This document shows positions 25,701-33,536 of a stretch of 33,536 nt of DNA, piece after piece (positions within the stretch are counted from its first letter, which is position 1; each line of letters opens with the position of its first letter). Location of the stretch: positions 1 through 33,536 of the forward strand of contig KZ539097.1 in assembly GCA_000934665.2 (NCBI GenBank). The letters are read 5' to 3'. The DNA is from Catajapyx aquilonaris. Taxonomy: Eukaryota. The position numbers were made by a program, and so were the translations under genes. Under the pieces are notes generated by a model. It had not been told where the DNA came from. It worked only from the letters and a program-made list of their open reading frames with translations, and did not search any database.

Positions 25701-28700
25701 GAGCACCGTTTAGTACCGTGACAATGGTACTTACTTTGTCTTGCCCCACAGACACCAACCTGTCCCCACCAGTATTAAAAGTAACACACTTTATACCACC
25801 ACTCTGCCCACTTAAGGTGAGGCGAGGCTTGGAATCTTCTGGATTCAACTGGTACACTTTAATGAGAGAATTGGTGTCACCTGCAAATAGAACAATAACA
25901 ACGCTAGTTCTTAACTTAACCACTCCTAATAGCGTGAGTGCAACATGTCACTTACCAACAGCCAGAAAACCATTTGCAACATCTGTACATGTAACGTTCC
26001 CTCCACTTGCCAAAATTCTACCAGTTATGTTTCCTGTGTGGTTGTCTAGGATATAAATTCCACTTTCAGCTGTAACATACACCTTTTCTGCTGTTTTCAC
26101 ATCCATGATAAATGTGCTGCACACATGTTGACTCCAGTCTGTTACATGCCAGCTTCCACAATATGTATATCTGACAACACTGCCGTTAGTGAAGCCAGCA
26201 AACAGGCTCCGACAATCAGGTGCCAATAAAACAGCACTAACTATGCTTGCTGGCTCAAAGGTCAAGAGAGGTCGGCCCAAATAAGATGACCACACCTGAA
26301 ATTATTCAATTAGTCTTTGATCCATATTCTACAGTGAAACGACTCACTTTGATTTCACCAGTGCTGCTCCCAGTAAATATGAATTTGTCATCGGCTGAGA
26401 TAGCAATCGTCATAGAAGAAGAAGCCTCTCCATTATAGAGTCTTCCAAACTGAAAGGGCTCAAGTAAGAGGCATTGTGGTTCCAGAGAATAAAACTGGTT
26501 AAGAACATACCTGAATGCCCAAGTTCCAATCCCAAATTATAACACAGCCATCTAAAGAAGATGAGACAATATAAGAGCCACTGCTAGTGACCTTTGCATC
26601 TTGAACTGAGGCTTCATGACCTCTTAGGACCTAGTGAAAGAAATGCAGTTACTGTACATGAACTGTGACATTCATACACCATTATTTTGACCCCATTTTA
26701 AAATATTCAAAAATTTCAGAATTCCTGAAAATTGTGAAAAATTAAAAATGCAAAATATTATGCCTGTGCCTTTCTTTTTAATTCTTTTAAATCCACAAAA
26801 ACATTGCTTTTTATTTATACAGGCCATTTTCATTGATATATTTGGCTAATTTTATCGATTTTCAGATAATTTGATGATAATAATTTATGCAATTAATGGA
26901 AGTTCATTTAAAACAATGGATATATAATTGTAAACTTTTTAATAAGTTGAAATTTCTTTTGTGACATGCGGCCCGTCACATTTCTAAAAATCTCTATGCG
27001 GCCCACGGAGAAAAAAGGTCGCCCACCCCTGATCTAGATTGTGGTACACCTGACAGATGCACATAAAGGACACCCAGCCTAGGTGCTCTGGAAGTGTGAA
27101 TACACATACTGCAATGTTACCATATGCTCGCACCTTTTTGCACTGGACAGAAATGAGGTCCCACATCTTGAGTGTTTTGTCCCACCCTCCAGTAGCAAAC
27201 ATTGGCTTACGAGGATGAAATGTGACACAATTAATGGGTTGTTTCTCTTGCCTGATGCATGACAGCTCACGATAGTCAGTGGCACTCCATATCTGCAATG
27301 GGTGTGAATTAATATAACTAATTTCATGGCACATGTTAATATTATATCAGGACAGTAGTGTTATGGTGTATAATAGTTCAAAGAAATACAATATTTGCAG
27401 GGGTAATAATGACAACTTTCTCATTTCTGTATTGATAGCAACAAATAATAAAATGTCAGGTGGTCCAAAAGGTTCTTAACCCTTGATGTGATGTGATTGT
27501 TCTTCTCCTTTTCACAGTTTTCTATGCATAAAGCTACCATTGGAACATGCTAGGAAGTCTTGTAACAATCTCTCCTTCTTTATGGACCTGACCTTTTTGC
27601 ATGTAGTGTTAAATCTGATCTAATTACATTACAGCAACTGCCCCAAGTTGCTGAGGTATTGAATTTCCAGATATTCTGTTGTAATAAAAAGAATTGTAGG
27701 GGAGACACCACCAACAACTGTTCTTCCAGAAGATCTAACAAAGGGGAATAACACAGGGGGGAGCCAAAGAAACATGGGAACCAAATCAAAAACAGTTTGT
27801 TTTCCTTGTTTACTTTTGCTCCCCAAATTGTAACCTCCAGATCATAGGTTTACTACAAGAATTCTAGGTGCAGAGCTACATTCTTTTCTCAGGCATGTAA
27901 GAATTTTATATAATTTTTTTAGATTTAAATTGTCCCATTTTTCCTTTTGAGAATAAGATAATGTGAACTTGCCACTGCAGCAACAATAATTCTGCTGATT
28001 AGAATTGATTAGTTGCGTACTAGTAACAACATACCTTAATTATACAATCCCATCCTACAGTGACTAATGTCAATCCATCAAGGCTAGTAGCAACACTACT
28101 GATGCGTTTCAAATGTGCTTGATGACTAACAATACGATAGCCCTTAGCTATGTCCCATATACTGAGGAGTCCATCTTGAGCAGCACTGCACAAGTGCACA
28201 GGTGTCAAAAATGCCAATCCTGATGAACAAAAATTATTATTATTACTGCAGCTTGTATTACAGTATATTTAACAACAATTTTGCACCTGTAATTTTCATT
28301 CCATGGCCCGAGAGAGTGTTCACTTCTTGTCCAGAAGTCAAATCCACAATCACAATAAGTCCTTGCTCCATTCCAAGTGCAGCAACATGTTTAGAAATTG
28401 CCACTGAAGTCACTACCTGTAAAGTAGCAGTAATGCAGCAAGAGCAATGTAAAAATAACAAACATCTAAGTAACAACCTTCGGTAAGTTGTCCAGAGTCA
28501 ATAAATTGGGGGCAACCTTCCCTGTCTTGTTAACCCATTCTATTGGAAGTGTCTTCCATCTGCTCTTGGGAACATCCCGAGCATCACAATGCACACATGA
28601 TGCATCAGGCTCATTAGCAGCTTGTTGAAGAGTCAGTGCTGGGAAGCTGGACACAATTTTGCTAGCACTGTGAAGTACAATACCAATATAACAAAACAAA

Positions 28701-31700
28701 AAAAACTCACCTCTGCAACACATGCAGTGTCTTGACAACAAATTCTTGGTACTGCTGCACTCGTGGTGAGGATAAGAATTTATCACGGGCATGAGCATGT
28801 GGAACACTGTTAGCTGCAAAATCATGCAGCAGATGCTGGGCCAATCCACAGGCAGATTTTATTTCTATGAATCTGAAGAATACATTACGATAAAATACAA
28901 GTAAATATCTTCTTGAATTATTATATGTAATTGCAAGATTACCTTAAGTTACACAGCAGGTTTTCAAGAGCTGCCACTTCGCCAGCACAAGCCAAATGTC
29001 TTGGTAACACTTCCATTACTCGTGGTGATATAGTTGTACTAGGGCCACTGTTAATATTCATAATAGGCTTTACAATGCCATAATAATAACCTAAAAATAT
29101 TAAATATATTGTAAAGGTCAGGTGATTTCTAGAGGAGCACTGGTGAAACAGTACCTGCCAAAATTCTATGATAAAATGTCACTTTGGATGTGATCATTCC
29201 AGACATGTAGGAATTGGTGACAGTCTTGATCAAGTCAGGGTGTGACAACATGATCAATTCCTCACCCCTTTTATGGAATGAACGACGCACAAATGCACGA
29301 ATAGCCCAAACAAGGGCAAAATATGTCAAATATGAGACATGATTCACACAACTCTGACTAGTGACACTGTCAAGAGTGACGCCAAGTCTTGTTTCCAATG
29401 CCGTCACTAAATTCACCAGTTGGTATAGTTCATCTTCCGTAAGACCTGAAAATCATTAAGTATTATGGGACTGTAAGAAATAAAACGGTTCTAACTAGTT
29501 TCTAAAATTAGAAATTTTCAGTTGTACAAAACCAGACTGTGTATTTTCTGGGGAAATATGCTTTATGAGGGGGAAAAAAAAACACTTTTCATGTACATAG
29601 TCGAATTTTTACAGAAACTATTGGCATTTTCTCAATCATCAATGCATGATTCTCTTTTCCTGTTTAAAAAAACTCAAAATCTTATTATAAACTCCAAAAT
29701 GTCTAGGAAAATTAGCATTCACCATAGTTAGGAAGAATACTTGGCAGACAGAGGTACTGTATATTTAAAGACCAAATAATTGCAACACCAGATTTCTGCA
29801 GGAATTCTCTCAGTGATCGAGTCAGATCATGTAGGAGTCAGTCAAAATAATATTTAAGCAATATTTATTGAGCATTTGGATAAAAATGATTCAATATAAA
29901 AGTTAAAATGAGAAAAAGTATCATGAGGCATTGTACTGCCCATGCCATAAGGCGTACTGCTCCTTCTGGCATTTTGATTCCATAAAAGTATTTTCATGAT
30001 TATCCTGCTCCACATTGACTGACAAGGCCTAAAATGTGGACTTTGTAGGGGCCCCGAGGCTGCAAAATCTCTGACATTGTACCTCTGTAACTAAAACAAT
30101 GGTATAGACCTGCTTGCAGACCCATTTCCCCCAACTTATAGCGGGTCCAAGAGAATCTCACCCTAGTTACTTAACCATGGTACTCAGATGCTTAAAAGAG
30201 CAACATACCTTCCTTCTGAAGCAACAAAATACAAAACACTGATTTGACAAGCTGTTTCCCAAACTCTTGTTCCAACCGTAACAGCATATCTTGAAGTAGT
30301 AACTCTGTGGTACCACCCATTTGCTGTATCTTGTCACTCAGCTAGGTTTAAAAATGGTATTAGTGTTTGCAACAAAAGCCAATCTTCGGTAGTTACTCAC
30401 ATCTTCAAATGCACCAAAAGTACGAAGTTCCTCACAAGCTAGATTCAAGTACAAAGGAAATGCTGCATCTCGTTTTGTAACAATCCCTTGCAGCTGATTG
30501 TTAAAATTTGAGTCACTCAGCTTCTTTCCATGTTTCTTCAGTAGCATAGTCACCAGCTCCTTCCTTTCAGTCATGTCAAGTGAACCTAACAAATTCAGAT
30601 GCCATGCTAGTCAGAACTACTATTACAGTATAGGAATGACAGCTCTAGATTTAAGAAATGTTGAATCATCACATGATCTGACAACAAAACAGGTAGTAAA
30701 GAGTGAATCTCATGAAATAGTGTTGATCTGACCTCAATAAACAAATGCCTGCTCTAGCCTTATAGACATAACATCCTATAGCAATGGATTAATGCATTCT
30801 CACAAATGTTGGCATTCATCATACTTAATCCTGTGGTACTTCTGCCAGAGAGTAATAGCAGCCTTACCAATGAAAGATTGTGCAGCAGCAAGTGTTGGCC
30901 TTGGGAATAAGTCCAAAGGATCAGCACCAGTTCATAATATTGCAATCATCATGTTTCAATAAATTGTTCTCATTGGCAAATAGTGTAATTAAATATTTAC
31001 ATGCAATCGTAAGAGTAGTTATATACCTGCTACATTTTGACATTAGTTTTATTGTACTGTCAGGGAACCGAGAGCTAATAATATTCAATTCATCTAGTTA
31101 CTGTTTTAGTTAATATCCACATAACATTGGCACCACATTAAAAATCCAACGTACCTATTACAACCTTCTTCACAAAATCATTGGCTTGCAAATTCTTCGA
31201 TAATTGACTATCACTTGCTGCAGATATTACAATTGTTGTACCCTGAAATGATGCGGCATTAAATATGGTAATTGGCAAAGGGTCAAATATTAGTACATAC
31301 ATCTGGTATATTCTCTGGAATGACCCAATCCATGGTCAGATTTTTTTCCATCATAGTGTCCAGACCATCCAGGAACAAAATCATCCTTCCTGTGTTTTGT
31401 GTAGCTTGAAACAATAGCTCTGGGTAGCGTGCCATCAGTGCATGGTGTTGTTCAGGCAGCATCACATCCAAACTTGCTTTCATTGTAAGTTGTGAGCATA
31501 AATAATAAGACAAAAATGCAGGATGTGTTGATTGTGGAGTTGCTCCAGCATAATATGGAATGACTGGAAATTGCGCTTGGTTATACATCGTGTTAAACGT
31601 CATGTATAGTGATGCCTGAAATGAAGTGATGATACCAGTAATATTAATCCCTGTTCATAATGAGACATGAGCTTGCACAATCATTTTTCTATCAGTAATT

Positions 31701-33289
31701 TTCTTTCTGAAGCTTGTTATGCAGAAGCACGTTATGCAGGTACAACATTTGTGTACATGTGTGCTAAGTTCAATGGAGTGGGAAGATAAAGCCATATAAG
31801 CCACCCTCCTATCATTTGTTGCTGTCCTTTTGCTGCTCAAAATGTCAACATTACGTAAGGCATGTGTCTTCCAGAAAAGCTGCTTGGCTTCAGTGAGATA
31901 ATACATGAATAAAAGACTGGATTATGTTCCAAATGAAGGCATTGCTGGAACACTTTTCTGACAAACAACCTGGTTAATTCTGATAACAGTTGAATTTCAT
32001 TACTTTCATATGCCTTACTTGCCCCTACTACTGCAACATCATTATCATGTTTCAGTGGCAAAGAAATTATATGACATTAGCATCAATATTGTTAAAAAAC
32101 GAAAAGGAATTTTAGACTTTCCTTTGTCTCAATTTTATTTTCAAGTGGTCGAAATTGCTTGAAAAATAACACTTTGACCACCTAAGACAAAGCCTGCATC
32201 AGATACATAGAATTAGAGATGGAAATGTGATTGTGTAAACCCCATACTGTATAATGTACTATATCGCTCAAAAAGATAGAGACGATTGGCATTTGATTCA
32301 AGTTCAAGTTGCACTTGAGTCAAATGCAAAATCGTCTCTTTCTTTTTGGGCGATATAGTACAGTATTACCATTGCGGAAGTCATGCCAGATCCACGTTTT
32401 CCAGTAATAAGTACAACTGGTACATTTTGGCCTTTGATTAGATCAAGACCATCACGAAGAATAGCACGATGTAGACAATCATGCGTCATTTTCTCACAAA
32501 ACAGCTTGTACAGCATCTCTTCATGGAGGATGTCATTAACTGGTACTTCCTAAATTAAAATAGAGGTGAAAATAATTACTGTTCATTTTATATCAGAAGC
32601 TCATTTCCCAAAGACAATGCCTCAACCGAGCACATAATTATACTGTATGCATGTTTCATGCAAAAAACAACAACATGGGCACATGAAACAAGTACTACTT
32701 GGAAGAAGAATGTTGTTATAACATGTAAGAAACAGTTTTCCTTATGTTACCACCTTTCAGGAGAAATATTACAAGCTTTGACTTCTTTATAACTATAAAG
32801 TCACAGAAAAAGCTACGGTCCTTCTGGTTTCACAAAAGTGTTTGTCCATGAGAAGGCATCCCCAGGCTACTGCCAGTACTACTCATTATGCATAACACCC
32901 CCATTAAAAATAAGAAAAAGCAAGCCTAAGATGGACTCTTGAAGTTCACTTCCATAGGCTAAATTTAATTGTCTTGACCAGATTGCCCTTCCTCATATTT
33001 TTCTGCAGAATTACTGTACAACCTTGTGTGATGATGGTGGCACAACCAACCTACCTCAACAGCATACTGTGTCTCAAGAGCATTCCACAAGTTGTCCATA
33101 ACTCGTTGACCAAACTTCTCCAAACCAGTTGCTACCACTTTTCCTTGAACAAGGCCACCAAACTGACAAGGGTAATTTTCAAAAACCTCCAAATTACTCT
33201 TGCAAATATGGGCCTTCAATGCAGTCAGCCTTTTCTGAGATTCTGGATTGTCATCAATAAAGTCATCCTTCATGGTGAGTGGGACATCT
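19638..33289 (-). CDS. TEP1: Telomerase protein component 1 (TEP1) orthologue, 5'-partial; 25 coding exons, about 1,559 aa visible (post-DUF4062 segment, NACHT, WD40 propellers)
   Basis: Hand splicing at GT-AG sites with consistent phases gives 4,681 nt in one open frame ending at TAA (19638-19640). YPCQFGGLVQGKVVATGLEKFGQRVMDNLWNAL resembles the TEP1 YPCxWGG...GLEEFG segment as I recall it. It is followed by P-loop ITGKRGSGMT, Walker B ILFLDGLD, PLYLNLACEELR, LTLQQAANEPD, IEWVNK, many GH..WD repeats and a TEP1-like C-terminus (VGQFEG...GNMYML). Confidence 0.92.
20447..20566 (-). CDS. TEP1: TEP1 WD40 exon (VHKDGIS...TASLDGAVKVWK...DLEQ)
   Basis: Acceptor catcag, donor gtaagt. Confidence 0.9.
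20640..20829 (-). CDS. TEP1: TEP1 exon (VQSQTKP...IIATNNGRLVIRKG...AHK)
   Basis: Acceptor ttctag, donor gtgtgt; a different frame from the listed ORF. Confidence 0.82.
20916..21023 (-). CDS. TEP1: TEP1 exon (LDSWALGV...WADGRLKLYHMPKE)
   Basis: Acceptor taacag, donor gtatgt; phase 2/2. Confidence 0.83.
21063..21345 (+). mobile_element. tRNA-derived SINE in a TEP1 intron (antisense to TEP1)
   Basis: A-box TGGCCGAGATGG (21074-21085), B-box GGTTTGATCCC (21118-21128), ~220-nt body. Confidence 0.7.
22462..22799 (-). CDS. TEP1: TEP1 WD40 exon (PWRMHG...VTAVKFS...IIQQVLD)
   Basis: Acceptor ttgcag, donor gtatgt. Confidence 0.85.
22865..23140 (-). CDS. TEP1: TEP1 WD40 exon (GQYLGALHGHTG...SATDKTVRMW...SGSKDGVMKVW...SFE)
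   Basis: Acceptor ctttag, donor gtaaat. Confidence 0.9.
23198..23383 (-). CDS. TEP1: TEP1 WD40 exon (GEVVSCTGYDG...LLKVFD)
   Basis: Acceptor tcccag, donor gtaagt. Confidence 0.88.
24134..24430. mobile_element. Foldback MITE (probably Tc1/mariner) in a TEP1 intron
   Basis: About 120-bp imperfect arms: ctgccgacca..ttaggctgatttaa..aaccttgagaaccatgccagacgaatttg / caaattcgtctggcatggtttctcaaggtt..ttaaatcagcctaa..tggtcggcag|TA. Confidence 0.85.
24891..25401. mobile_element. Tigger/pogo-like MITE remnant
   Basis: Right end tcagataatccgaggtcagataatcagagttctactg|TA; left end TA|cagattatcc appears internally deleted; repeated tcagataatccgagg subterminal motif. Confidence 0.6.
24961..25171. mobile_element. 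Palindromic MITE nested in the Tigger-like element
   Basis: GGCAATTCCA..GTCCGTACGTAACGCA..GTATTTTATTGTAACAAT / ATTGTTATAATAAAATAC..TGCGTTACGTACGGAC..TGGAATTGCC; AAAA on both flanks. Confidence 0.75.
25430..25678 (-). CDS. TEP1: TEP1 WD40 exon (ALHLWE...TGSDDGSVKIWD...IQSQ)
   Basis: Acceptor ttacag, donor gtgaga. Confidence 0.9.
25735..25880 (-). CDS. TEP1: TEP1 WD40 exon (DTNSLIKVY...LVSVGQDK)
   Basis: Acceptor ttgcag, donor gtaagt. Confidence 0.9.
25956..26295 (-). CDS. TEP1: TEP1 WD40 exon (VWSSYLGRP...NGFLAV)
   Basis: Acceptor tttcag, donor gtaagt. Confidence 0.9.
26348..26449 (-). CDS. TEP1: TEP1 WD40 exon (FGRLYNGE...TGSSTGEIK)
   Basis: Acceptor tttcag, donor gtgagt; 102 nt. Confidence 0.87.
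26511..26630 (-). CDS. TEP1: TEP1 WD40 exon (VLRGHEASV...SSSLDGCVIIWD...GIQ)
   Basis: Acceptor cactag, donor gtatgt; 120 nt. Confidence 0.9.
26960..27031. mobile_element. hAT (Charlie-like) terminus in a TEP1 intron
   Basis: Two atgcggccc subterminal motifs, then aaaaaaggtcgcccacccctg. Confidence 0.6.
27134..27292 (-). CDS. TEP1: TEP1 WD40 exon (IWSATDY...TGGWDKTLKMWD...CKK)
   Basis: Acceptor ttgcag, donor gtgcga. Confidence 0.9.
28035..28219 (-). CDS. TEP1: TEP1 WD40 exon (LAFLTP...DGLLSIWD...VGWDCIIK)
   Basis: Acceptor catcag, donor gtatgt. Confidence 0.9.
28287..28416 (-). CDS. TEP1: TEP1 WD40 exon (VVTSVAISK...TLSGHGMKIT)
   Basis: Acceptor ttacag, donor gtgcaa. Confidence 0.85.
28478..28646 (-). 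CDS. TEP1: TEP1 exon (FPALTLQQAANEPD...IEWVNK...DNLPK)
   Basis: Acceptor gtccag; the donor gttgtt is weak but gives the correct phase. Confidence 0.82.
28711..28872 (-). CDS. TEP1: TEP1 exon (FIEIKSACGLAQHLLHDF...YQEFVVKTLHVLQ)
   Basis: Acceptor cttcag, donor gtgagt; phase 2/2. Confidence 0.87.
28943..29090 (-). CDS. TEP1: TEP1 exon (YYYGIVK...LPRHLACAG...LENLLCNL)
   Basis: Acceptor ttttag, donor gtaatc. Confidence 0.87.
29155..29445 (-). CDS. TEP1: TEP1 exon (GLTEDELYQL...HRILA)
   Basis: Acceptor tttcag, donor gtactg; 291 nt. Confidence 0.88.
30209..30341 (-). CDS. TEP1: TEP1 exon (LSDKIQQMGGT...LLRLEQEFG...LLLQKE)
   Basis: Acceptor acctag, donor gtatgt; 133 nt. Confidence 0.87.
30401..30585 (-). 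CDS. TEP1: TEP1 exon (SLDMTERKELV...PLYLNLACEELRTFGAFED)
   Basis: Acceptor tgttag, donor gtgagt. Confidence 0.9.
31155..31242 (-). CDS. TEP1: TEP1 exon (GTTIVISAASDSQ...KKVVI)
   Basis: Acceptor tttcag, donor gtacgt; 88 nt; not in the ORF track but phase-compatible with both neighbours. Confidence 0.85.
31301..31615 (-). CDS. TEP1: TEP1 exon with NACHT Walker B (ASLYMTF...MILFLDGLD...WVIPENIPD)
   Basis: Acceptor tttcag, donor gtatgt; 315 nt. Confidence 0.9.
32370..32549 (-). CDS. TEP1: TEP1 exon with NACHT Walker A region (EVPVNDIL...VVLITGKRGSGMTSAM)
   Basis: Acceptor atttag, donor gtaata; 180 nt, phase 0/0. Confidence 0.9.
33055..33289 (-). CDS. TEP1: TEP1 exon (first visible): DVPLTMKDDF...YPCQFGG...GLEKFG...QYAVE
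   Basis: Acceptor ttgacag, donor gtaggt; lies within ORF 32965-33273. Confidence 0.9.
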
Positions 33290-33536
33290 CTGTCAATAGA
33301 GTCAAATAGTAGATCATAAGAAAAAAATTCAGAAGTTCACCCAACATTTTCTGAGGAGAATGAAAGGTTCCCTTGCAACTTCATCCTTGCATATATGCAC
33401 CCCAAATTACTCCGCAGTGTTACCAACAGAACCAGACAGTTATCAATAAAACCGCATGATGGCGCAGCATCTGCCCCCATGCAAATGACTTGCAACTGGT
33501 AATCGCGCCGTCTAGTGGTGAGAGTGCCGTATGGTG

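Noticed and set aside
1..33536. CRISPR arrays, prokaryotic operons, rRNA, telomeric repeats or telomerase RNA
   Set aside because: The sequence is a spliced eukaryotic locus. I saw no regularly spaced repeats, rRNA-like sequence or TTAGG arrays, and no template-bearing RNA candidate could be supported.

Overview
This is a eukaryotic window, probably from an arthropod (inferred from tRNA-derived SINEs, Tc1/mariner, hAT and Harbinger MITEs, ~60-nt minimal introns and mosaic CpG depletion). The right 14 kb (19638-33289, minus strand) holds the 3' 25 coding exons of a TEP1 (telomerase/vault protein component 1) orthologue. Spliced by hand at GT-AG sites, they give one open frame of about 1,559 aa (post-DUF4062 segment, NACHT, helical region, many WD40 repeats) ending at TAA. 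The gene's 5' part lies beyond the window. Its NACHT Walker A reads GKRGSGMT, with Met in place of the invariant Lys. A second minus-strand gene missed by the ORF track appears to start near 9.6-9.8 kb, with first coding exon 9205-9295 (MTQVANNMDNLADDLGAVAIQQAPSVSSSK). Positions 1-9.2 kb are probably its large first intron. The non-coding DNA is rich in small non-autonomous transposons, including a foldback element built from two inverted mariner 5' ends. It also has a by-eye excess of TACAGTA/TACTGTA and TAGGCTA/TAGCCTA words that resemble transposon excision footprints. There is one assembly gap (10397-10567). I found no convincing novel multi-gene system; the best leads are the P-loop-degenerate TEP1 in a lineage often thought to lack vaults, a weak vault-RNA-like Pol III candidate, and the footprint signal.
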